Shown here one piece after another: positions 37,584 to 46,391 of a stretch of DNA of 64,000 bases. Source of the stretch: Promethearchaeota archaeon (GTDB taxonomy: Archaea > Asgardarchaeota > Hermodarchaeia > Hermodarchaeales > Hermodarchaeaceae); NCBI GenBank assembly GCA_048939245.1, contig JBHLPR010000008.1:420-64419 (forward strand), given 5' to 3'. The position numbers and the translations under genes are program-made. Under the pieces are notes generated by a model. The model did not search any database, was not told where the DNA came from, and saw nothing but the letters and a program-made list of their open reading frames with translations. Positions within the stretch are counted from its first letter, which is position 1. Every line of letters begins with the position of its first letter.

Positions 37584-37631
37584 TACCGCCTCAACATTGG
37601 CAGAACTTCCTAAAGTCTTAGGTGAATACTC

Positions 37632-37952
37632 TTGGTAGACACTCCAAAAGAAGGCTTAGAAGCCATGGTCGGAACCTTTGACCCTGCTGCTGCAGCAGGT
37701 TGGGACTGCAAAATCGAAATGGACATCCAAGGCGACAACAAATATAACATCACCATCAAAGACCAGAAAATCGATTGGGGCGAAGGTCCTGCTGATAAAG
37801 CAGACCTCGTCATCACCATCAGCAAGGATGACTGGATGGCCATCTCCAATGGTCAGCTCAACGCCGTTGCAGCATTCATGTCAGGCAAGCTCAAGAGCCA
37901 AGGGGATATGTCCCATCTGATGAAGCTCCAAAGCGTCTTCAAACTTGGTTAA
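37632..37952 (+). CDS. SCP2 (sterol carrier protein 2-like) lipid-binding domain protein
   Basis: 106 aa. DLVITISKDDWMAISNGQLNAVAAFMSGKLKSQGDMSHLMKLQSVF matches the SCP2 C-terminal signature (F..GKLK..G.......L). The start is uncertain: TTG at 37632 or ATG at 37665. Confidence 0.75.
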   Translation: MVDTPKEGLEAMVGTFDPAAAAGWDCKIEMDIQGDNKYNITIKDQKIDWGEGPADKADLVITISKDDWMAISNGQLNAVAAFMSGKLKSQGDMSHLMKLQSVFKLG

Positions 37953-38012
37953 ACTGTCAAATGTTCTGAAACATTTACTACGAACTCACCGTTATTAACG
38001 GTGCGTGGATTC

Positions 38013-38051
38013 GAGTAGGGGTGGTTGGACCACCCTTCTACTCATCTTTTT
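38013..38051 (+). terminator. GC-rich hairpin followed by T5, a terminator candidate between convergent genes
   Basis: GAGTAG-GGGTGG / loop TTGGA / CCACCC-(TT)-CTACTC gives 12 bp with one 2-nt bulge, then ATCTTTTT. Two weaker hairpins precede it (37959-37976, 37987-38003). Confidence 0.4.
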
Positions 38052-38172
38052 CTTTAGTCAACAGCATATTCTCCACTCTTCTAACTAACCCAATTCATTA
38101 TCATGACACCTCATTCAATATCGCTTAACCAATTCCTAATATGGTATGACTGGAGAGAAACCGGGATGTACG

Positions 38173-38388
38173 CTAGAAGACTTCACGTCCGCGAGATTGG
38201 GCATAGTCTCGTTGGTACGAACAGAGGGCAAGGATCACTATGATAAAACCAATGATAAAACATATCGATGCGAGAGAGAAAATGATGATGGCTGGAATTG
38301 GGAGTGAAGAACCCGTGACGAAGAGTATTATGCCTATAATGAGAAAGACAACTGCGATATAGAGTAACTTATCAGCCCTAAGCTGCAA
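38173..38388 (-). CDS. Small membrane protein (2 TM), unknown function
   Basis: 71-aa ORF with two hydrophobic helices. Confidence 0.35.
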   Translation of the reverse strand: MQLRADKLLYIAVVFLIIGIILFVTGSSLPIPAIIIFSLASICFIIGFIIVILALCSYQRDYAQSRGREVF

Positions 38389-38413
38389 TTTATCCCACCA
38401 GCTGTTTGTGTCA

Positions 38414-39847
38414 CTATTTTACTGATTTTACGGCTTTACTGTACCGTTCTAAGGCGATATCAATCTGCTCAGCGGTGATGGTGAGAGGAGGTAGAAAACG
38501 GATGCTGCTTCGACCTGCCCCTAGCATCCAAAGACGTTGTTTATTCACCGCGTTCTTGAGAACGGCATCACGTTTCTTGGGATCTATAGCATTACTTTCC
38601 TTATCGGTGACTATTTCAGTGGCACACATAAGACCCCGTCCACGGACATCTCCAACGATGTTACTTTTTTCTTTGATTTCGTTAAGGCCTTTGAGGAGTT
38701 GACGACCTCGTTTTGTGGCGTTTTCAAGAAGCCCGTCGCGCTCGATGGTGCGGAGAACAGCCAGAGAGAGTAGAGATACGTAAGGTTCAGCGCCGAAGGT
38801 TTCGGAATGTCGACTAAAATCGGTGAACAAGGGTTTAGATCCGATGGTGGCTCCAAAAGGAAACCCGCCACCTAAGGCTTTGGCAGTACAGATGTATTCA
38901 GGAACAATGTCACCATATTCGACGCCCCACCATTTTCCAGTCCGACCGAGTCCAGCTTGGACTTCATCGCTAACAAGTTTTGCTTCGAGTTCATCGGCAA
39001 GTTGTCGAATTGCCTTGAACCATTTGATTGGTGCAGGAATGATTCCGCCTTCACCGCAGATAGGTTCAATGAAAATTGCAGCAATGTCTTTGCCACCATA
39101 CTCAATGCTGTCACGAAGGTATTGGACACATTCGAGATTACAAGTTTTTTCTTCTTGCCCAAATGGACAACGGAAACAGTAGGGGTAAGGTCCCCGAATT
39201 ACATCTAACCCATCAGGGTAGTAATCTTTATGAGCGTGCTTACTGGCTGTTAAAGCCAGTGAATAGCCAGTTCGACCATGGAAGGCGGGACGAAATGCAA
39301 TAAATCGGAATCTGTGAGTTGTATCCATGATGGATTTAACGGCGGTCTCAACTGCGCGTCCTCCGCTAGTGGTAAAGAAGACTTCTTTTTCATGATCTCC
39401 GGGTGTGATTCCCGTCAATCGTTCTGCCAAAAGGGTCTGGGGGATAACATCAAAATCGTGACCCGGCACCTCACGCAAATAACCATTAATGCGTTGTTCA
39501 AAATCCTGGATACCTGTATTCCGGAATCCTAGGGCTCGCACTGCGACTCCTGCCGTCATATCCAGATATTGGTTTCCTTTCAAATCGTATATCCACGGAC
39601 CCTCTCCTTGGGTATGATCAACAACAGGATAGATATCACGGCTTTGCGTTGTTTTGGCAACGACCTGTTCTGCACGTTCTATCCACGCTTTACTACTTTT
39701 AGCGATATCCAAATCAGGGCACAGTTCCTTTAACAGCTCTTCAGCATCACGTTTCAACTTTAACCACATTCCTGGCTCTGTGTTTGCGATAAAGAAATGA
39801 AAGGCTCTATTTAAGTTCCTGCTATTCGACAACAGAATACCTTTCAA
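38414..39847 (-). CDS. Class-III PLP aminotransferase (4-aminobutyrate/ornithine/acetylornithine-type)
   Basis: Motifs DEVQAGLGRTGKWW and CTAKALGGGFP (PLP Lys), plus a TSGGRAVE cofactor loop. The likely start is Met27 (39769). Confidence 0.85.
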   Translation of the reverse strand: MKGILLSNSRNLNRAFHFFIANTEPGMWLKLKRDAEELLKELCPDLDIAKSSKAWIERAEQVVAKTTQSRDIYPVVDHTQGEGPWIYDLKGNQYLDMTAGVAVRALGFRNTGIQDFEQRINGYLREVPGHDFDVIPQTLLAERLTGITPGDHEKEVFFTTSGGRAVETAVKSIMDTTHRFRFIAFRPAFHGRTGYSLALTASKHAHKDYYPDGLDVIRGPYPYCFRCPFGQEEKTCNLECVQYLRDSIEYGGKDIAAIFIEPICGEGGIIPAPIKWFKAIRQLADELEAKLVSDEVQAGLGRTGKWWGVEYGDIVPEYICTAKALGGGFPFGATIGSKPLFTDFSRHSETFGAEPYVSLLSLAVLRTIERDGLLENATKRGRQLLKGLNEIKEKSNIVGDVRGRGLMCATEIVTDKESNAIDPKKRDAVLKNAVNKQRLWMLGAGRSSIRFLPPLTITAEQIDIALERYSKAVKSVK

Positions 39848-39904
39848 TTTTCGGGCTCAGAACTTGTTTAGTTAAATATGGCTTCTACCATTTGAGTAGA
39901 TACT

Positions 39905-41416
39905 ATGAAACCCAATTCCCAAATCAGGACTCTAATCTTCTTCATTGTAGGCATTGGGGCCGTGATAGTTGGGATGGTGAGCGAATTTCTTCTTGGAGCC
40001 TATCTACCGAGTGAAATAATGCAAATCCTGTTCATGAATGGCGGATTTCTAATTATTATCTGCTTGTGCTTTGGTGGGGGATTCATCTTCATACGCCGGG
40101 TCCTTCTTGGTGAATGGTTCTATCGTTATGACAGCATTATCTACCTTATTGCAGCGACAATATGTCTGGCTTCAGCGGGTCAAACGCTTCTCGGGCTGCA
40201 AAGCGGCCATCCCTGGCTTTATTTGCAAGCAACTAATCCCGTTCTGATGAATTTATTATGGATGTTTGTCCTTCCTCCACTTACGCCCTGGATTATCCTT
40301 GTAGTGGGCGTTGTATTCATTTTGCTTGCGGTCTTGAATTACAAGATATTAGCCCTGAAAATACGAGATGTTAAGGATATGGAAAAGCATGGCCAGTATC
40401 CCAAAACGCGTGCTTGGTGGGAGATTCTTGGAGCGTTAACTCGAATTTCTGTCTGGTTGGGATCGCTATTCTTATTCATTCTTAGTTTTGTCCTTCTTGG
40501 AAGTCCACCACTTGTGACCCAGCCCTGGAGTTCTTTATACGACTCACGCATATGGCTTACACTCTTCTTTGGGATCATCGCAATCTGTTTCTTTAACTCA
40601 GCGATTTTTATTATCAACCAATTAGGTGATATTGATACCGATCGACTGCATATAGAAAAAGCGAAATTACCAGTGAGTTCTGGGCGGGTATCAATGAAAA
40701 GGGGTATAATAATTGCTTTGGGATTTTTTCTTCTGGGTCTCGTGTTTAGTCTACTTGTTAGTCAGATTTTCCTTTTACTCATCCTGATTACGTATTTGTT
40801 TGCACTGCTTTATTCGTTTCCGCCAATCCGTTTGAAAGGTCGCCCATTTCTGGATTTAATGATTATTGGAATTGGATTTGGTAGTTGGGCGGTTGTCACG
40901 GCTTGGGCGATTTACGCAGGTGCCAGCATCTTTTTCTTTCCGCTTCCACTTTTACCCAGTTCCCTACTACTAGGAGCCGGTTTCTTTTATGCGGGAACGC
41001 ATGGCATTCATACGGCCTCTGACTGGTCTGCGGACGCACAAGCGGGGGTCAATACGACAGCGGTTTTTCTTGGACCTAAAAAAGCAATGAAACTCGGGAT
41101 TAGTCTCATTGGGATAGGACTGCTGTTACTTTATGCGAGTGTGGGATATTATACGCATCTGTTTTGGTATGGGTTGCTCAAATACAAAAGTATCTTTTTA
41201 CTTATTTTCTTGGGTCTTCCCTTTTTCACGTTATTTCAGCAATTCCGTTCTTGGCAACAGCATAGGAATCCAAGTGAGGCGCAAATTCATCAATTACAAA
41301 AACAGGGGCGTTTAGTCACCTACCTACTATTTCTAGTTCTAATCATCTATCTTCTGCTCTATGTGTTCTTCTTCTATCCAAGGTATTATCCGAATTATTA
41401 CTTCCCATGGCTGTAG
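39905..41416 (+). CDS. UbiA-family prenyltransferase with an N-terminal TM extension of about 170 aa
   Basis: 503 aa. The first Asp-rich motif NQLGDIDTDRLH appears only at aa 238-249. The second motif is DWSADAQAGVNTTAV. The protein is hydrophobic throughout. Confidence 0.7.
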   Translation: MKPNSQIRTLIFFIVGIGAVIVGMVSEFLLGAYLPSEIMQILFMNGGFLIIICLCFGGGFIFIRRVLLGEWFYRYDSIIYLIAATICLASAGQTLLGLQSGHPWLYLQATNPVLMNLLWMFVLPPLTPWIILVVGVVFILLAVLNYKILALKIRDVKDMEKHGQYPKTRAWWEILGALTRISVWLGSLFLFILSFVLLGSPPLVTQPWSSLYDSRIWLTLFFGIIAICFFNSAIFIINQLGDIDTDRLHIEKAKLPVSSGRVSMKRGIIIALGFFLLGLVFSLLVSQIFLLLILITYLFALLYSFPPIRLKGRPFLDLMIIGIGFGSWAVVTAWAIYAGASIFFFPLPLLPSSLLLGAGFFYAGTHGIHTASDWSADAQAGVNTTAVFLGPKKAMKLGISLIGIGLLLLYASVGYYTHLFWYGLLKYKSIFLLIFLGLPFFTLFQQFRSWQQHRNPSEAQIHQLQKQGRLVTYLLFLVLIIYLLLYVFFFYPRYYPNYYFPWL

Positions 41417-42144
41417 AATACCAAACTGGTGGTGTGCCAAACCTTTATTTCATCAACAGAGGAAAAAGAGGGCTGAGGAAAAGTACGGTGCCACCCCATG
41501 GATTAGTAGCCTTCGATTTAGATGGAACCCTTGTCAGGATTTGGAGTGCGTGGAGTTGGATCCATAAACTCCTCGGAACACTGGAGGCTGCTAAACCCAA
41601 CGCTGACCAATACTATGCAGGAAAAATTGACTATATTCGTTGGGCAGAGTTGGATGTTCAATTATGGCATGGAGTCCCGCTTAAGCGAATTGAAAACGCT
41701 ATCGATCAAAGTCTTTTCTTCATTCCGAATGTGGAAACTCTTTTTGAGAAATTACATGGTTATGGAATAAAAACCGCCATTATAAGCTCAGGTCTCACTG
41801 TGTTTGCTGAGAGAGTACAGAATCGTCTTGGAATAGATATTAGCAAAGCAAATGAATTAGTTACTGATGCTGCTGGGAAAATTTGTGGAGTCAAGGTTCA
41901 TGTGGCGTTTGATAACAAAAACCATGTGTTAGGCGAAATTGCTCAAGAGCTTAGTATACCTCTTGAACAGTGTGTAGCAGTTGGGGATTCACGAAATGAT
42001 ATTCCAATGTTTCAGGTCGCTGGTTTCTCAATTGCCTTCAATCCATCAAACGAGAAGGTTGCAAATGTAGCAACCACAATTGTGAATAGCGAAGATGCGT
42101 TAGATTTGCTTCCTCCGCTTCAGGAATTTTATCAACTTGATTAA
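41407..42144 (+). CDS. HAD superfamily phosphatase, phosphoserine phosphatase (SerB)-like
   Basis: AFDLDGTLV, IISSG and GDSRNDIPMF, with a helical cap between motifs I and II. It overlaps the UbiA gene by 10 nt. Confidence 0.7.
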   Translation: MAVEYQTGGVPNLYFINRGKRGLRKSTVPPHGLVAFDLDGTLVRIWSAWSWIHKLLGTLEAAKPNADQYYAGKIDYIRWAELDVQLWHGVPLKRIENAIDQSLFFIPNVETLFEKLHGYGIKTAIISSGLTVFAERVQNRLGIDISKANELVTDAAGKICGVKVHVAFDNKNHVLGEIAQELSIPLEQCVAVGDSRNDIPMFQVAGFSIAFNPSNEKVANVATTIVNSEDALDLLPPLQEFYQLD

Positions 42145-42256
42145 ATGTGAAATTGCTTCTACTTGTGCTATCGCTAGACTTTAATGTTACAATGGGACGG
42201 TAACTAGAACCATCCTCATTTTGGTGGGGTTTGGCTTCAAACAGGAATGAGAAAAG

Positions 42257-44011
42257 ATGAGCCAGCGTACGCTAATTGATGCAAGTATGGGTCGCATCAA
42301 AGCGGATTTAGTCATTACAGATGTGCAACCGATTGATGTAATCTCCCGAGAAATTCTCGAAGGGGGAATTGCTATAAAAGAGGGGATGATCTGTCGAATC
42401 GGGGATATTTCAGACCTCATTGGGGCGAAGACAAAGGTTATCAAAGGCGCTGGACGCTACGCCGCCCCCGCATTTATTGAATCACACATTCATGTCGAGA
42501 GTACCATGCTTACTCTTACTGAATTTGCTCGAGCTGTAATTCCTCACGGTACCGGAACTGCGATTATCGATCCCCATGAAATTGCTAATGTTACAGGAAT
42601 CAGAGGATTAGAAATTTTCATGGAGGAGGCACGAAATTTGCCCCTCCGCATTCTCATGGAGGTTCCTAGTTGTGTACCCGCTGCGTCACCTGAGTTAGAA
42701 ACAGCTGGTGCCCGTTTAGATGCCTTTACGATAGACAGATTACTCCAGGATCCCATGGTAATCGGTTTAGGCGAAGTCATGAATATCCCAGCAGTACTGA
42801 ATAATGATGAAGACATTCACTTGAAAATTCAATTTGCTCGGAGTCAGGGCAAAGTCGTCGAGGGGCATGCACCAGGATTGAAAGGCGAGAAACTCAACGC
42901 CTACATTGCTGCAGGTATCATGTCTGACCACGAATGTGAAACAGCTGAAGAAGCCGTAGATCGGCTTCGGCTGGGCATGACCGTGATGGCACGAGAAGGT
43001 TCGATAGTTCGGAATATGCTAGATATCCTTCTTCCCCTCTATAGAGAAGGACGGGACCTTCGACGAGCTACAATCTGTTCAGATGACTTATCACCCGTTG
43101 AACTAGCGGATCGAGGACATCTTGACCGAAGCCTTCACCGAGCTATCGATGCAGGTATTGATCCATTAGTAGCAATCCAACTTGTTACATCTAATCCTGC
43201 TAGTTACTTCAACTTACCACGTATCGGACACCTAGCTCCAGGCAATTCAGGGGATATCGTTCTGATTGATGATCTAAAGGATGTCAATGTTGATTTAGTC
43301 ATCTTGCGAGGGCAGCTAGTAGCGAAGAAAGGACGATTAACAGTAAAACTCCCCAACTACGAATACCCCCCAGATATGAGAAGCACAGTTCGGTTTGGCG
43401 GCATTCCCACTGCGCTAAACTATATGCTACCAGCCAAGGATGGAAAACATAAGGCCCGGGTCATTACCGCACGAGAAGGAAGTCTAATCACCGGAGCTGC
43501 AATTCATTCTCTCAAAGCTTCCGATGGTTATGTACATCCAGATCCCGAGAGAGATATCCTAATGATTGCTGTCACTGAACGCTACATGAAAGGAGGAAAC
43601 ATCGGAGTAGGATTCATCCAAGGATTTGGATTGAAGGAAGGGGCTATCGCTAGTAGCATTGCACACGACAGCCACAACATCATTACTGTTGCTACATCCC
43701 CTGAAGACGCCCTAATGGCAGTTAGCACTGTGTCTCAAACAATGGGAGGAATTGCCGCAATAAAGGGTCGAAAAATATTAGCGAACCTGCCTTTGCCAAT
43801 TGCAGGAGTTATCACTGATGAGCCAGTTGATAAAGTAGCTCGAAAACTCCAAGCTGTTCGAGCTGCAGCACGAGATCTAGGTTGCCAACTTGAACACCCT
43901 TTTCTGACAATGAGTTTCATGGCGCTTCCAGTGATTCCAGCGCTGAAAATCACTGATAAGGGCGTTGTCGATGCTAAAGAGATGAAAATTGTGCCGGTAC
44001 TTATTGACTAA
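42257..44011 (+). CDS. ade: Adenine deaminase (amidohydrolase superfamily)
   Basis: 584 aa. Contains PAFIESHIHVESTML (HxH metal site), VVEGHAPGL and ICSDD. Size and two-domain layout are typical of Ade. Confidence 0.8.
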   Translation: MSQRTLIDASMGRIKADLVITDVQPIDVISREILEGGIAIKEGMICRIGDISDLIGAKTKVIKGAGRYAAPAFIESHIHVESTMLTLTEFARAVIPHGTGTAIIDPHEIANVTGIRGLEIFMEEARNLPLRILMEVPSCVPAASPELETAGARLDAFTIDRLLQDPMVIGLGEVMNIPAVLNNDEDIHLKIQFARSQGKVVEGHAPGLKGEKLNAYIAAGIMSDHECETAEEAVDRLRLGMTVMAREGSIVRNMLDILLPLYREGRDLRRATICSDDLSPVELADRGHLDRSLHRAIDAGIDPLVAIQLVTSNPASYFNLPRIGHLAPGNSGDIVLIDDLKDVNVDLVILRGQLVAKKGRLTVKLPNYEYPPDMRSTVRFGGIPTALNYMLPAKDGKHKARVITAREGSLITGAAIHSLKASDGYVHPDPERDILMIAVTERYMKGGNIGVGFIQGFGLKEGAIASSIAHDSHNIITVATSPEDALMAVSTVSQTMGGIAAIKGRKILANLPLPIAGVITDEPVDKVARKLQAVRAAARDLGCQLEHPFLTMSFMALPVIPALKITDKGVVDAKEMKIVPVLID

Positions 44012-44072
44012 GAGCAGTAGGATATGAATTCAAGAAACTGGAGAAAGAAGCTGAGCGATTTCCGGACTGCAA

Positions 44073-44795
44073 ATGCTTTTTAGGTTCAATTCACAAACGA
44101 CCATTAGACTGGAGGCATTATTTATGTCTTGGACTATTATTTTAGCAAATCTCGCACCCTTATTCCTCGGGTTAGGAGCCATGGCATCTTTCGCATGGTT
44201 CCTTGATAACCTCATGGGCGATACCTATCGTCCAGGCAGCGCAAGTAAAGATGACGAGGAAGGAAAAGGCGAATCCGAACCCAGCATTGATTGGCGACGT
44301 GGCCTTGTCAGACTTGTTGGACTGATTGGTATCCCAATGGGTATTTTGTGTTTTGTTTCCTTTGCTGCTATTCTCTTGACTCCAGGTCAAAGTCTGTGGG
44401 GTGATCCTCTAACCCTCTTTCTTCTGGCATGGATGGGAATTGCGCTTTTTCTTACACCTATTAATAAACTGCCATGGGCCGCGCTTATTGGATTAGTCGC
44501 TGGTTTGATCGCTGTCATTGCAGTGATTGCACTCGCGCCAGTAATTCCAGAAATCATCACCCAGCAAATTCCGCTCAAATATATTCTCATCGGGATTTTC
44601 ATTATTGTTGGTGTGGTCGTGTTTACCCTTTTCAAATGGGCGGAGAACATCTTAGACCTAGTTACCACGATTATGGGTTCTCGACCGTTTCTCTTGGTTC
44701 TCTTTTTCCTTGGACTCGGACAAGCCATTGCACTCCCAGTGGTTTGGTTTGCCTTTGGTGGACTCGGAGGAATACTCTGGTTCTTCTTCCATTAG
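44073..44795 (+). CDS. Membrane protein (about 6 TM), unknown function
   Basis: 240-aa hydrophobic ORF. An alternative start is Met18 (MSWTIIL). Confidence 0.5.
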   Translation: MLFRFNSQTTIRLEALFMSWTIILANLAPLFLGLGAMASFAWFLDNLMGDTYRPGSASKDDEEGKGESEPSIDWRRGLVRLVGLIGIPMGILCFVSFAAILLTPGQSLWGDPLTLFLLAWMGIALFLTPINKLPWAALIGLVAGLIAVIAVIALAPVIPEIITQQIPLKYILIGIFIIVGVVVFTLFKWAENILDLVTTIMGSRPFLLVLFFLGLGQAIALPVVWFAFGGLGGILWFFFH

Positions 44796-44804
44796 ATTCT
44801 AGCT

Positions 44805-46274
44805 TTACCCCTCGATGAAATAAGAAGGCGGAAGGGGAATAGGAAGTAAGAATAGACGAAAGAGAAGGTACCCTGTTCCTATAAGAAGGTATAACACAAA
44901 CATGAGCGCGCCGGTCCGTAGGAAAGTTCCGTAGGAAATTGGACGATTTTCTTTATTTGCGACTGTCATGGTCATAACATTCGCCACACTTGCAATAGGT
45001 GTCAGTGCACCACCTAAAACAGCCCCTATAACCAAGGCGGTCCAAATCGTTCCTCCAGGATTAGTCCCCTGAGCTAGTTGGAATTGGGTTAACGAATCAG
45101 CAACAGGAATCAAGGTGGCGGTGACGGGAATATTATCAATCGCGCCACTGGTAAGTCCTGTTAACCAAAGCATAAGTACGGTAGCTGCAGCTGAGCTTCC
45201 TTGAGTGAGAGTAGAAATTATCCCTCCGATAAATGATAAGACCCAAAACTCTTCCATGCACCCAACAATAATGAATAACCCAATGAAAAAGAACAATGAA
45301 GTCCATTCTACTTCTTTGAATATCCGCTCTGTTGGAATGCCGCTGAGTAGTACAAAAAGGAGAGCCATAACGAAGGCCACAACCCAGGTAAATCCAGAGA
45401 CTCCAAACACAACAAATCCAACAATCATAGCAATGAATAAGATGGCAGTTCGGTAGAAGACATTACGATCCTCGACCATGGTCCAAGCGTCAAGCGCCAT
45501 TAAATCATTAACCCGACTAGGACGAGGAATAGAGAAGGATTTTCGAAAAAGCCGTAAAGCTACAAACCCAGTTACACCTAATAGCATTAGCCCTAGAGGA
45601 AGGAGGGTGGTGGCGAACCAAATAAAATCATAGAAGGTCGCTCCTGCAACAAGCATACAAGGGACACTCGCAATGACCGTGGTAATCCCACCCACATTCC
45701 CACACATGGCATTTGCTATTAGATAGGGTGTAGGATTTTGTTCGAGGGCATCACAGGCTAAGATAGTCAAGGGACCGATAATGAGTACTGTAGTTGCCAA
45801 CACCGTCGACATAGCAAAGGTAAGACTACAAAAAATCAGGAGCAGTCGCCGGGGTGATCCCTTACTGAAACTAAGAGCTTTCACGGCAATAAATTGAAAC
45901 AGCCCTGAATCCTTTGCGATCTCTGTGATGACCATAAGGGAGAGGATGACGATGATGGTTGACAGGTCGACCCATTCACCAAAAAAGTGGGCGAAGACTT
46001 CTGCGTTAAATATCGGGGGCAGAAGTTGATAGGTTAGAGCAAGTTCCATGAAATGTTCATAGTCGGGACTTCCAGGTATGAACCTATTCGCATATTCAAT
46101 GTAGGTTTGAATTTGATTTAGACGCCAGGGCTCCCAGATTTGAGCGAAATAGATGATGGCTATGGATGCGCCGATAAGAGCCGCGATGGTGTGGTCGGTC
46201 ATGTCAAACGTTATCATCAAAATTACTGCGATGAATATTAGGATGATGAAGACAGCGGGATAGATCATTAGCAT
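44805..46274 (-). CDS. ArsB/NhaD-superfamily (citrate-transporter-like) permease, paralog 1
   Basis: 489 aa with more than 10 TM helices. It is clearly homologous over its full length to the next gene (shared blocks ITEI.KDSG.FQFIAVKA, ACDALE.NPTP, NVGGIT..IASVP.MLVAGAT, GLTSG.IDNIP.T). Family call is by eye. Confidence 0.65.
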   Translation of the reverse strand: MLMIYPAVFIILIFIAVILMITFDMTDHTIAALIGASIAIIYFAQIWEPWRLNQIQTYIEYANRFIPGSPDYEHFMELALTYQLLPPIFNAEVFAHFFGEWVDLSTIIVILSLMVITEIAKDSGLFQFIAVKALSFSKGSPRRLLLIFCSLTFAMSTVLATTVLIIGPLTILACDALEQNPTPYLIANAMCGNVGGITTVIASVPCMLVAGATFYDFIWFATTLLPLGLMLLGVTGFVALRLFRKSFSIPRPSRVNDLMALDAWTMVEDRNVFYRTAILFIAMIVGFVVFGVSGFTWVVAFVMALLFVLLSGIPTERIFKEVEWTSLFFFIGLFIIVGCMEEFWVLSFIGGIISTLTQGSSAAATVLMLWLTGLTSGAIDNIPVTATLIPVADSLTQFQLAQGTNPGGTIWTALVIGAVLGGALTPIASVANVMTMTVANKENRPISYGTFLRTGALMFVLYLLIGTGYLLFRLFLLPIPLPPSYFIEG

Positions 46275-46391
46275 TTTTGGGTCGCCTTACGTTTGACCAC
46301 ATAACTATACTGTCAGTCTAAGTCTTATAGTTCTTTTATGGACATTTGTCAAATAAGCTTTTCACTGGTTTTGACGATTTTTCCAGTAATT

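Noticed and set aside
38001-38045. tRNA-like T-arm resemblance (GTGGATTCGAGTAGG...)
   Set aside because: No acceptor stem, D-arm or anticodon arm can be built around it. The segment folds better as a simple terminator hairpin.
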